Part shown: positions 1 to 11,416 of the stretch, in pieces
How positions within the stretch are numbered: position 1 is the stretch's first letter
Layout: each line of letters starts with the position of its first letter
NCBI RefSeq assembly: GCF_964355755.1
Contig: NC_092673.1
Span: 33,539,648-33,603,647 of the forward strand
DNA: 64,000 bases
Direction: 5' to 3'
DNA from: Antedon mediterranea
Taxonomy: Eukaryota > Animalia > Echinodermata
Translations under genes and position numbers: made by a program
Notes under the pieces: model-generated
The model's input: the letters and a program-made list of their open reading frames with translations, nothing else
The model's database searches: none
What the model was told of the DNA's origin: nothing

Positions 1-554
1 GCTAGGGATTAGTGACTGTATATAACCTAGTGACATAGTCTAAATAAATAAAACTGTGGGTTTCATGTTTTGCTGTGGTCGACATACTCCACTAAATAAC
101 CAATCTCGTCGCCGTCTATCGTAAATTGATTGATTTTTAATTGTCATCGTCAATTTTCGACGACCCGTCGTTTTTGTTTTGTTCGCACACGCGCCACCAA
201 GTTTTCGTTTCAATCTGGGATAGAGGGCAGTATTTATTATTTTTTACAGAGAGGGAAAAAAGGACACATGTTATCAAAGATGTTTGTTATTTTTTAGCCT
301 AAAATTTGGTTTTGGTTATTAGTTCAGGTTTTTTTAACCTTGCGATATTATTATAATAATCTACAGTAATTAAACAACTGCTGTAGGACTCAACAATTTA
401 ACATAAACTGTTTTACCAGACAGGTCTACACACAGACACAGCACAGACAGTACTGTATTGTATTAAATTATTACTATTAGTTTACTAGCTAGGCCGCCTA
501 GCCTTTTTGACTTATTATATAGAGGCTTAGGCTAGCTAGGCCTACTAACTAACT

Positions 555-2594
555 GGGTAGTAACAAAGTGCGAGGCAGCGAGGCACGCGAGGCAGGGAAG
601 GCATGCGAGGCAAGTCAGAAATTTATGCGAGGCATCGTTTTACCATCATCAAAAAATGCGAGGCATCATTTTATCATTTCTCAAAATTGCAAGGCAGGAA
701 ATCACCGAAATTGAAGTAGCCTAGGCCTAGGCCCCGCTAGGCTAGTTTCCTTTTGCACCTGCCTTGTACGTATTTTAACCAACTTTATCTTGAATACCAC
801 AGCTTAGAATTAGTAGGCCTACTTTAATAAAGAAAAATCACATAAAAGTAACAATAAATCCATTAAATTGGTGATTTTACAGACGTTTTTCTCGCATTTC
901 GCACACTCAATGTTCAATATTTTGGTTTCTATGGAACGCCAAAAGAGCAAAATTAATTAGAGGGCTAAAAACTCTGTGGAATCCATTTATATTTAACGCA
1001 TTATTTGGTGAAAATCAAGTACAATTTCAATAGATTTTGTCACTGTCAGTAAGGAAAAATGTTACTGTTGATAATGTACACGGTTTCGTTAACCTTTTAA
1101 AGAATAAAATAGAAAAATTCATCATAATATCCTTAGTAGGATGTCCTAGGTCTAGACTAGGTAGTGATGTTGATTTAGGATCGATTATTATTCTTTGAAA
1201 ACAGAACAGTATCAGCAGTAACATATTACAACATTTTTATTGACAAATTAACAAATATATTGAAATAAAACGTGTTTTTCACCAATAAATGCATGATAAA
1301 TTGACGCATTCCACTGAGTTTTAGTCCTCTATTATCGTTGCTCTTTTGGCGCTCTAGAAACAAAAATATTGAACATTGAATTAGTGAAATTCGCGAACAG
1401 TGTGCGAGAAACACGCCTGTAAAATCATTAATTTAAGGATTTATTTGTTACTTTTTATGTGATTCTTTCATTAAAGTACTCATGAGGTATACTTCTAAAG
1501 GTGTGGTATTCACACGATAAAGTTAGTGATTTATCAAATTTGGAGTAAAAATACAAGCGAAGGAAACTAGCGCCAGGTTTATTAGTACGTACATGGACAA
1601 CAATAAATAAAAATCGTTCGTAATGTACCTAGCTTACTAAAACAGGAATAGTGTATCATTATTAAATATTACACCAATTATTATTTTATCAAAATTGATT
1701 AAATTATTTTCTACATAGGCCTCTTATCTAGGTTAGGGCTAAGCATATTAGCTAAAGTTTAATTTTAGGCCTAGTATTACAAGTCTTTTTTCACACGCGC
1801 TCCAGAATTCTGTCGCAATTTTTTTCTTTGCGGCATGTTATTGGATCGGCATATCAGTTACCTTTTATTCACCGCCAGTTATTGAACTTGTCCTGGCAAT
1901 CGCTGTTCACCTTATTTGCGAGAGAGGTACACGTGTTGTTCCTAGAGAATGGAATGTCAACAATGTCTTTGGCACGCCGCTCAGAGAGAAGTCTGTGCGT
2001 TGCTGCTGAAACCACGTGCTATAGGAGGGGAATGCACCACAATCCTCTGAGCTGAGGGCTGAATCATTCCGCTACCTGCTAAATAGTAAAGAGGGATTTT
2101 CCATCTCTCGGGTCTACCGGATCTAGGCACAGGGGTGTGACAAAATATTATTTTCACTCTGCAATGTTCGAGAGACATGTGAGTGAACACGCTCGAAATG
2201 CCAACAAACATTGCAGTCATTTGATGAGTGTGTCGCTATAACAATTATTGTTTATCGAAAGTTGAAGACTGTCGTTCAGATTTTTGAACCGTAGTTTGGG
2301 CACTTTTGTAAAAGTAAAATTTGACACGATATGACTTGAATGAAAAAACAATCGTTACATAAAAATAAACAACATGATGAGTGTATACACGAATCTATTT
2401 AGATACGCTTGTATCGATTGATTATTAGGCCTATAATATAGCATAATAGCACGTTAAGATATGCCTCGCACCTTTTTGAAATTGTAAACTATATGCCTCG
2501 CATGCCTCGCACTTTTGGAAATGATAAAATGATGCCTCGCACAAATATTTGGCATGCCTCGCGTGCCTCGCTGCCTCGCACTTTGTCAACACTC
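555..2594. mobile_element. Non-autonomous Mutator/Foldback-like DNA transposon
   Basis: Imperfect TIRs (gggtagtaacaaagtgcgaggcagcgaggc / gcctcgctgcctcgcactttgtcaacactc) built from GCGAGGCA subrepeats; G...C termini; identical 9-bp flank TAACTAACT at 546-554 and 2595-2603. Confidence 0.75.
740..1572. mobile_element. Internal foldback/MITE with ~280-bp inverted arms
   Basis: 740-~1020 (gctagtttcctt...aacgccaaaagagcaa...ctctgtggaat) is the diverged reverse complement of ~1270-1572 (attccactgag...ttgctcttttggcg...aaggaaactagc). Confidence 0.7.
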
Positions 2595-2997
2595 TAACTA
2601 ACTATACTACACTACTACTCTAGGCCTAGGGCCTGGATAGTGTGGTTTTGTGGGTTAGGTAGGCCCTACAAAAGCTACTTGACGAGAGTCATGACAGACA
2701 GAGGGAAGCTCTTCCCGGGCCATGTCTCTCCCGTCTCGTACATGTGAGAACAGTCATGCATAACTTAAACGAACATACAGGAGGCCAGTCCAAGTCCACA
2801 GTACCATTACCAGTGTTATTTACCAGGGAAGAGTGAAATTTACTCTTCTCTGGTGGTAATACTAATCTAGCTAGCCTTTTAGGCCTGCCTCTCACTGACT
2901 GAATTTGTATTCAATATTATATTTATATTATTATCAATTCATATATCAAATTTCTAGTCTCTGATTTAGCCTTTCTGTTTATATATCCGATTGGTCA

Positions 2998-3742
2998 TGT
3001 TATGCGCGATTTGAACGATTTGCGCAATTTGAAATTGCGCAAAAAAAATCCTTGCGCAATTTGAATTGAAACATGTGTTTCAAATTGCGCAAGCAACATA
3101 TTAAATTGCGCAAGGAATCTACAAATTGCGCAAGGTTTTTCGACAGATTGTGAAATCATGCACACCCATATTTTTATAGTAATTTCTAAGAATGATTCAA
3201 AATTAAAGATAAATATCGCATTTCCTTATTTTAGTAGAGCAAATATTGTTATAAGTTAGCATACCGTCGAAGAACCGACGAAGGAAAACGAAGCGGTGGT
3301 GTTCCACCAGGCGGGCGCGGCGCGGGCGGCCGGCTATACTACTCTAGCCTAGCTAGGGTCTGGACTACTGATACTGACTAGGTATCTATTAAAAACTTAA
3401 AAAGTGAGTATTAAACATTATCTTCATTGAAATGGTCTTATTTATAATAATAAAATACTAAATTTTAAACTCCTCTGCCTAGCCTAGCCATGTATGGGAA
3501 AATTTACAGTTCGTTTTCAAATTGCGCAAAGGTGTCATATTGCGCAAGAACTATCTTGCACAATTTACAAATTGTGCAGCGCAATTTAAAATTGCGCAAA
3601 GATTTTCTTGCGCAATTTGAAATTGCACAAGTTGATTGCGCAATTTGAAATTGCGCAAAAAAATCCTTGCGCAATTTTAAATTGCGCAAGGATTTTTTTG
3701 CGCAATTTCAAATTGCGCAAATCGTTCAAATCGCGCATAACA
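2998..3742. mobile_element. Non-autonomous Ginger-like DNA transposon (TGT...ACA, 4-bp TSD)
   Basis: TIR tgttatgcgcgatttgaacgatttgcgcaatttgaaattgcgcaa matches the reverse complement of the right end ending at 3742; GTCA duplicated at 2994-2997 and 3743-3746; arms full of TTGCGCAA palindromes. Confidence 0.75.
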
Positions 3743-3918
3743 GTCATTTAAAATAGTAGACTCTAGTAGGTACAATATACCATGACGCAACTAAGTATAC
3801 TCTGTATACTGTATACTACAAGATCTTTTATGTACAGTTTGTAAAGCGACCAGTCGAAAACACCTGCTAGAAAAGTCACTAAATGTGTTTTTTTTTATAT
3901 TTTACCTGTAGTCCTTGA

Positions 3919-4665
3919 ATGAAAATGGCGACAACAGGAGCATCCAGATGTCTTCAAGGGTTAATGCGAGTCATCTCTGTTAAGAATGTTTGTTATCCAA
4001 GACTTATAATTACTAACAATCATAAAAATTGTCAATATATGGCAGCAAACAGAACATGGTTTTCCACTTGTCAAATAAAAAATAATGGAATATCAGGGAA
4101 TGAAACATATTTAATTAAAGATAAAATCAAAGAGGATACAGAAAATGTAGAGACATCAGAAATAAAGAAGGTTGACGATGGTGAAGATTTAAATAATAAT
4201 TCACTACAACACGTAATGACCATAGATAAAATACAGCCATTTGACGACAACACATACGTGGATATTCTTGCGGAAACGGAGACACCAACGATTCTTGATT
4301 CGTACACCAAGCCATCTCTTCCTGCGCAAACATTTACGTTGCAGTCGTTTGTCCAGCAGTCCCCAACGCTTCAGAAACTGGTACACCTCGGGGTTGACCT
4401 TCACAAAATCCAGAAGAGACAAGATGCAGCTAATGCCATTCTCAAAATGGACTTCGACCGAGACATCAAAGATAAAATTGCATTTCTTTACAATGTTGGT
4501 GTTGCCAGTGACAATTTAGGCAATTTTATAACAAAGAATCCACATATTTTAAGTGACGAATTAAATTCTCTTGAAGTTAGAATCTCGTATCTTAATTCTA
4601 AGAAATTTTCCAAAGATTCTATATCGTTAATTGTCAACAGAGCTCCATATTTCTTAAGTTTTTCT
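3919..4665 (+). CDS. MTERF3: Mitochondrial transcription termination factor 3, coding exon 1
   Basis: Basic N-terminal presequence-like region, then SPTLQKLVHLGVDL..ILKMDFDRDIK..FITKNPHIL..RISYLNSKKFSK..APYFLSFS, typical of MTERF3; splice acceptor tag ending at 3911 just upstream of the ATG; donor gtaagt at 4666 (phase 0). Confidence 0.93.
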
Positions 4666-4760
4666 GTAAGTTGAAATACTTTACGTTTTTCCATAAATTG
4701 AAATACTCTACGTTTTTCCATAAGTTGAGATACTTTAAGTTTAACCTAAGTTGAAATACT
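4666..4760 (+). repeat. Short tandem repeat (~27 bp, about 4 copies) starting at the exon-1 donor
   Basis: taagttgaaatactttacgtttttcca-like units repeated. Confidence 0.7.
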
Positions 4761-4854
4761 TTTTCTTTTTTAAGTTTTCTCTAGAAATATGTTCATGTGT
4801 TTTTGATAATGAACGAAAATAACAAAATTAAATTCTTTTTATTCCTCTGAATAG

Positions 4855-4947
4855 ACAGAAAGAGTTGATAGAAAGCTTGGTTATTTCCAGAAGGAGTTTC
4901 ACCTGACAGGCAATGAAGTTAGACACCTCGTAACCAAATGTCCACAG
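4855..4947 (+). CDS. MTERF3: MTERF3 coding exon 2
   Basis: ag|TERVDRKLGYFQKEFHLTGNEVRHLVTKCPQ|gt; 93 nt; phase 0/0. Confidence 0.92.
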
Positions 4948-5291
4948 GTACAGTAACCAGGTTTGTTAGCAGTGACGTAACAGCTATGAGAGCACTCAGT
5001 GGTTAAACCCAGGGGCCCCAAAACTTATGCGGGCCCCTGAGCAGGGCCCAGAAGAAGAAAACATGTATTGTATGTCAAAAAAGGCTAAAAACGTTGTAGA
5101 CCTCCAGTGTTAGAAGGGGCTTTAGGCATCTGCATAGAGAAGTCTAAGAAGTGGAACCCAACAAACTTGTCCTTGTAGCTGTTGATAGTTTCACCTTGTG
5201 ATTAACCCCAACACATTTTACGCTCTTTTTTTATTAATGTACTAATATTTTGATTATTTCAATAAATGTAAATGTTTTCATTTACTTGTAG

Positions 5292-5412
5292 TTGGTAACT
5301 AACAAAATCTCTCGGATACAAGAAAACATGTATGTGATACATAATCTGCTTGGTTTTTCAAAGTCCGCAATGAAAGTAATGGTCCTCAAGTCACCCAAGT
5401 TGCTTCTTGCAG
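5292..5412 (+). CDS. MTERF3: MTERF3 coding exon 3
   Basis: ag|LVTNKISRIQENMYVIHNLLGFSKSAMKVMVLKSPKLLLA-G|gtaat; phase 0/1. Confidence 0.9.
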
Positions 5413-5554
5413 GTAATAGTGATTGCATGTATTTTGACTTGATAGCTGCATAGTCAGATAGTCATGCACTATGTAATAGAAAAAAAACTTAAAAGTGTTT
5501 GAATTAAGTAGTGGATTCTCTTCTAATGTGCTGGTTATATTGCTGATGAGATGT

Positions 5555-5765
5555 TGCTGTCCTGGGTATATAGCTGCCCTGGGTATATAACACCCTGGTT
5601 ATATAGCTGCCCTGGGCATATAGCTTTCCTGGGTTATAACTGTCCTGGATATTTAGCTCCCCTGGTACAGTATATGTAGCTGCCCTAGTTATTTAACAGC
5701 CCAGTGTATATAGTTGCCGTGAGTATGGTATGCTTCTGGCCTGGATATAAAGTTGCCCTGGCAAC
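5555..5765 (+). repeat. Degenerate ~20-bp minisatellite in MTERF3 intron 3
   Basis: ctgggtatatagctgcc-like units repeated about 10 times. Confidence 0.7.
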
Positions 5766-5818
5766 GCCTGGCCATGGATTTATTCCTGCATGACCTTTTT
5801 GTGTTTCTTTTATTTCAG

Positions 5819-5943
5819 GTAAACAGAGTTTGATGAATACATTTGATTACATACATAATGAGATGGAAATACCTCATCAACTGTTCATTCATTTTCCTGC
5901 TGTATTAAGAACTCGTTTACTCAATGTTAAAGAAAGAGATCAG
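5819..5943 (+). CDS. MTERF3: MTERF3 coding exon 4
   Basis: cag|(G)KQSLMNTFDYIHNEMEIPHQLFIHFPAVLRTRLLNVKERDQ|gtatg; phase 1/0. Confidence 0.92.
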
Positions 5944-6399
5944 GTATGTTTTTAAATGTTAATTCGTATTAGGCCCTTCATGGACCCACGGTAGCCAGCC
6001 GTGCAGAGCCTACCAGATCAGCACACCGAGAGACGATCCCCTACTCTTTTCAAATATTATTTAACATGCACTCCCAGTGTCATTTATATATATTGCTTGA
6101 TTTTATGACTTCAGTGATGAAAGTATTATGAACAGTACATTTCAATGTACAATAATTGCGCATTACATTTTTCAGTTAAATTTACAGTTTTAGTGATTTA
6201 TAGCGCCATCTATTTTAGATTTTGGCCCAGTAAGTTTTTTTTTAGCAAGGCTGTATTTTTTGGTAATTATTTGTGTTGTCATAAGATCAGCTGAAAGAAC
6301 TCTGTTTTCAATTGATGCTCTGGTTAGGCAGCATAACAATTTTTTTAGATCTAGTTAATCTATCATAATATTTTTCATTCTAATTTTTAATTTTCTCAG

Positions 6400-6552
6400 T
6401 ATTTGCGAAACCTTGGCCTTGCACAATATGATCCGAAGATGCCAGGCTACATATCCTTACAGAAACTTGTGGAAGGATCAGATGAGTTATTCTGTCAAGA
6501 AATTGCTAAGTCATCAGTAGAAGATTTCAATGCTTTTCTAAAAACTATATAA
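6400..6552 (+). CDS. MTERF3: MTERF3 last coding exon
   Basis: cag|[50 protein letters not shown], the characteristic MTERF3 C-terminus; spliced total ~412 aa. Confidence 0.93.
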   Translation, partial: YLRNLGLAQYDPKMPGYISLQKLVEGSDELFCQEIAKSSVEDFNAFLKTI

Positions 6553-6649
6553 ATTATTTTCACTAAAGCAGGGGAAATTATTGAGGCATAGGTGTCATAA
6601 ACCTGGCTATACGTGTGCTTAGCCCCATGGGCATATGGCCGAAACCTAA

Positions 6650-6983
6650 TTTAACCCTTCCCTTAAAACTCGGATTCCAAATAAATTTATATTATTCCGG
6701 AAGTTATTCCAATTGAAGTTTAATCTGAAAAGAGAGCCAGATAGAAACTTTAAAAACAGGTTGTTAATATGGTCGGAGCACTGGTACACTTTGTATGTCT
6801 TGCTATCTGTGTGCATCAGGAGAATCGAATGTGGGGCTAGGCTTATCTGACAACTTTGGGTAATTTATGTCTTCTTTAATTACAAACATAGCAAGAGAGC
6901 TCTTTATGTTATGGTTCCCTGTCATTTGAGATTTTGCACTGGGTTACACCAGGAAGTTGTAAAATAATTACTCCCTGGTTACA
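6650..6983 (-). repeat. 3' LTR with adjacent polypurine tract
   Basis: Homologous to 9962-10262; on the minus strand agagaggggaggg (6984-6996) directly precedes tgtaacc at 6983. Confidence 0.8.
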
Positions 6984-7037
6984 CCCTCCCCTCTCTAACT
7001 ATGCATTGTCTCTAATGCAGATATAGCATTCCCAATA

Positions 7038-7643
7038 TTAGATAAAAAAAACATAAAAAGATGGATTTCTTAAATTATCGTATTGTAACCTAGCTGGTGG
7101 TCTTCTTTCTCTACGTGGATGGGTCGAAGTCTCCTCTCCTCTCAAATCGTCATCAAGGGGTTCTTCATGATCGATTTGGTCAGTGGTCGGAGGTTTATCA
7201 GTTGCATCACTTGAAGTTAACAAAACCAGTTCATCCATTGAAGTTGGTTCCGGTTGAGTAATGATTGGTTGTGACGTTTTGGATGTTGGTAGAGTTTGGG
7301 TGTCATCTGCTGAATCTGCATCACTACCCACAGCTTCCATATCTTGCATTGGTTCCTCTATACAAGGGGTAGATACATTATTATCATCATCCAAGATGGT
7401 GGTTGTATCAGTCACAGTCATTTCTTTATTATCACTAACAGTGATGATGTTACTGTCATCATCAACAGAACTGCAGTCTTCATGTCCATCTCTGATAAGC
7501 ATTCCGTCTCCGATACCTTCCACAATAACCGTATCCGGTATCGGTTCATGCGTGCTATCTACACACGAATACGACCTGGGCGTAGGATCTACCACAGCTC
7601 CAGTTTCGTTTGCTGCTGTCTCCGACGCATTAGGATCCACCAT
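7038..7643 (-). pseudogene. Acidic low-complexity pol C-terminal tail
   Basis: Ends in HPRRERRPPARLQY, the R-rich RPPxRL motif common at Gypsy pol termini, just before the PPT. Confidence 0.7.
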
Positions 7644-8326
7644 TATTTATTCCATCAACAGCAACATGAGTGGCATTTATCTTTGTATTTATTAACTTTT
7701 TTTTCTAATTCAGTACACTTTTCGCATGGCCGTTGAATTCTAAATGGTTCAGATGGTTCTAAAAATATTTCTCGAATGTCCTTCTTCGCCACAGCTGGCT
7801 TACACTTACTCTAAAATAATCATAATGCAATTACGTTATACAAATGTTAATAATATATGCTACAATTAATGTTCATATTTAGTTTATTCTAGCAAAGCAT
7901 AGGCCTAGTTAATAGTAACTCTTTCTTTGTCTTTACTCACATCTTTTTCTAGGCCTACATCTGCTTTTCATTTCAATCCCTTTCCAGTCGGCAGCAGACT
8001 ATCTTGACATTGTTTAACCATAACAGTTCTTTTTATCTCCATCGCCTGCTCCTTGCCTTATTAATAATAATATTATTAGAGAATAATAATTAGGGTAATT
8101 TAAATAACATAACAAAAATTAATATAATAAATACTAGGCCTAGGAGACCCGGTCATAATTCAGGATCCACCATTATACCATCAACGGCAACTTTGGGTAT
8201 TGCTTCACTCAAAACACTTTCTTTGTTACCAGTCTCAATATCGTGGATTACTTCAGGAGGTTCCTTCTGATCAACCAGTAACCGGATAAGTGATCTTCTA
8301 TACTCGCCAGTGGAACTATACCTCGA

Positions 8327-9763
8327 TTAATACCTCCATTGACATGCAGGAATGGTAGTCGAGCCTTTTGCTTTTACTACTCCCAACTTCCCTTCGCTAC
8401 CTAATTGTGCTTCTTTCTCTGCTTTGCTATACAGTGTGGCGCACCAGGAATGCATATTTAACTTTTGCAAGTTTTGATTACCAACATCTTTCTTACATCT
8501 TCGTCTTAAATTATCAAAAAGTCCAGTGTTGGTACCAATTATAATTGGGTGTTGTGCCTGTGGATTGTCTTTTACTACTAAGGTTAAAGTTGAAAACGAC
8601 TGGTCGGGTGCCAGCAAAATATTGGTTAAAGCCCAATTCTATCTTGGTCCAGCAAAGATTCGGTATATTTTCGCCTCCATCATGCCAAAGAAGGAGGTCA
8701 GAAAGTGGATACAGCTTTGTATAAAGACTCAAAGATGGAATTACTAACTTGAGATCCGCTGTCGAGGAGGGAAGGATGGCAAATTCCAGTAATGTAACAG
8801 ACATCAACTATACTCTCTCCAACTAAACCATGTGGAATGTCACCATTCGGAGCTACTGGTCGTTCGTCTGATGACATCTGGTCGCTCCTTCTCAGATGCC
8901 GTCTTCCGTTTCCCTGATGCAGTGCAGCTATCAGTTTTTCGTTTACTAGCTCTTTGTTCTGGCTATTCTGGTAACTATGTCTCTCGCCTTTTCCTTCTTT
9001 TTTTTTACTTGGCATTCCTCTACGCTCCTGTCCTAGCAGAGTCAGGTAGGTCAGTGCATTAGAACCTTGATCTTGAAGATGCAGGTCAACGAGAAGAAGT
9101 TGGTAGTATATAGTTCCCTTCAGGAATTGCTTCATTGGTTGGCCTTGTCTGCTGTAATTTCTCCTTATTGTACTATCTGTCTTAATGAAGACTGTAGTCT
9201 GGACAGGTAATCAGAAGGCTTCTCACCTGCTTGCTGATGATCTAAACCCACAAACTTGTGATAGAGTTCTTCTCCCTGAAGCAAAGTTCCAAACACCACC
9301 TCCAACGCGTCCACGTAGTCTTTGGCGGTGGCTTGCTGGTTATCTTCAAGTCATCTATTATATCTAATGCTTGGGATCTTTGAGCCGCTCTCAGTCTTCT
9401 TCTCCAATTGCGATACTTCAGTTTCGGCTTCTTCTGTCAGCGCTTTGGCTTGCGTCTGCCATTTTATTTGTCCTAATTTTTTTATTTAGTTGTGTGACCA
9501 GACCTTTAGGTAGTTGCTACCAAACGAAAGTCTAGACAGGTCAATTGCCGGTGAAGTGATAGTTAGAAGCTGTTAGTGCCGGAGGATGATTCCACTGGTG
9601 TTGAAGTCACGGCTACCTTCTGTAGCATGATGGTTCGCATCTCTATGTCTTCGGTTACCACAATCGTTTCTGGAAGTTTTAGTTCTCTGACATGTATGGA
9701 CAGCTTTGCCAATACTAGCGTCTTCTGCCAGGCATGAGCATCTACCTCCTCTCCTCTGTCCAC
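8327..9763 (-). pseudogene. Fragmented gag and aspartyl protease of the Gypsy element
   Basis: GLVGE..ITG..LLDSGSQVS protease active-site motif (ORF 8698-9135); PIIIGTN protease C-terminal motif (ORF 8327-8617); GEKPSDYLSRL gag-like segment near 9190-9230; several frameshifts. Confidence 0.8.
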
Positions 9764-9940
9764 TGTTTCAGTTGGAAGCGACCCACACAGAGAAATAATA
9801 AATTCGTTTTGTAGGAATTTCCAATTTTCGGCGGACTAACAACAAACATCAATCTACGGGGTAGTTTCTTTCCTCACACCACTCGATTCCGTAGGAAACA
9901 CTGGCTCAATATTCCCTAAATTTCCAAGCTTCAATTGGGA

Positions 9941-9958
9941 TTCCCGGACGAGCCCCCA
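9941..9958 (-). promoter_or_regulatory. Primer binding site complementary to the tRNA-Pro 3' end
   Basis: Minus strand reads TGGGGGCTCGTCCGGGAA, 3 nt inside the LTR; 17/18 identical to the canonical tRNA-Pro PBS TGGGGGCTCGTCCGGGAT. Confidence 0.9.
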
Positions 9959-9961
9959 ATT

Positions 9962-10262
9962 TGTAACCCTTCTTGTTCGATAAAAATAAATTTATATTAT
10001 TCCGGAGTTTATTCCAATTGAAGTTTAATCTGAAAAGAGCCAGTCGTACGGACCAGATAGAAATTTAAAAAACAGGTTGTTAATATTGTTGAAGCACTCT
10101 TACACTTTGTATTTCTTGGTTTTATCTGTGTGCATCAGAGGAATGGAATGGGGGGCTAGGCTTATCTGACAACTTTGGGTAATTTATGTCTTCTTTAATT
10201 ACAAACATTGCAAGAGGGCTCTTTATGGCTTTCTGACATTTGGGATTTCGCACTGGGTTACA
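9962..10262 (-). repeat. 5' LTR
   Basis: tgtaaccc...gggttaca (TG...CA with terminal inverted 8-mer); aligns with 6650-6950. Confidence 0.85.
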
Positions 10263-10932
10263 CCAATATTTTCACAATTCAAGTAATTCATTTTGTTCAG
10301 TTTATGTGCTCTATCGAACTCTATTTGATATTATTTTCTGCTTCATGAGGTGGTGCCAGAAAATGTGCAGTAAATAATTACTTTAGACCGTACTCTGACG
10401 TAGTGTGTACATCTGACCAAACCTAATGTTGCACAATCCGACCTCCCAAATCTCGCAACAATCTCGGGAATCTCCTGTTAGATTCAGATATTTCATGTCA
10501 TCTGCTCTCTCGATTTTTGGATAAACAATATTTACTGATAATGTATACATTATAATTTCTACTACTATGCTCTAGAAAATATATCACATACTATCGATCT
10601 TAAAGATATATAATCAATTTTTTATAAGCATTTTTAAATCACATTTTCACTCTTTCCAAGTAAGTACTTGTCAACTGGTTTAACCAAAAAGTTAACATTT
10701 ATTTATTTAATATCCATTTGAAACCAGATGAAATTTCTTGAGAACTCTTTCCTATGTTTACTAATGTAGATACTAATATTGTTATATATTTTAATTGTGT
10801 CCTCTATGGTATATTTTTCAAAATGTTATATGAGATGTCCCCTAGTTTTGACATGCTTTCATTTTTCCTGTTGGGAGGTATGGTTAACAGTGAGGTATGG
10901 TTAACAGTTAACCAAAATATATACCTTATTAA

Positions 10933-11416
10933 AGATGTATTGTCCCTTGAAACACAAAAAAATTTTAATTGGCCATATCAAAGTAATATTAAAGTTATTC
11001 ACTTTAAGTCGAAAATTCAAGACAAAAACAACAATTTTACGTAATTAGTAGCTAAATTAATTTGATTACATTTCGTCTGAAAACAAAGTAAACAAAGATT
11101 TCAAACCATGAGTATACATTATGCATGATGCTAATTAGGATGGTTTACAACTTGTCACGGTTGAGAAGGTGTTTTCACACAGATCGCAAGGAAATTTTTA
11201 TGATTATGCATACAGAGTAGCCAAATATGCGCATTGCATTATGAGATATGTTTTGATCGAAAACTTTGACTGGAAGTCAAAGTTATTTTTTTAACCAAAA
11301 AACGTCTGTATTTCAGTTAAATGATTTTTTTTTCGACTATTATAATACTTCAAAATGACCCAGTTTTTTTCGAAATCTTTTTATTTTATTTTATTTGACA
11401 AAGGGACAACACATCT
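10933..11416 (+). mobile_element. Kolobok-like MITE (TTAA target), family A copy 1
   Basis: ttaa|agatgtattgtccc ... gggacaacacatct|ttaa; interior is the reverse complement of 16311-16836. Confidence 0.8.

Larger units (their letters stand above)
6650..10262 (-). mobile_element. Internally deleted Gypsy (Ty3) LTR retrotransposon
   Basis: Two homologous ~300-bp direct repeats (6650-6983 and 9962-10262); PBS and PPT in minus orientation; gag and protease remnants plus pol tail; no RT/RNase H core visible. Confidence 0.88.

Noticed and set aside
4071-4721. Several short ORFs overlapping MTERF3 exon 1
   Set aside because: Alternative-frame or antisense shadows of the real coding exon.
7261-7736. 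Plus-strand ORFs of 144 and 130 aa
   Set aside because: Antisense shadows of the low-complexity Gypsy pol tail.
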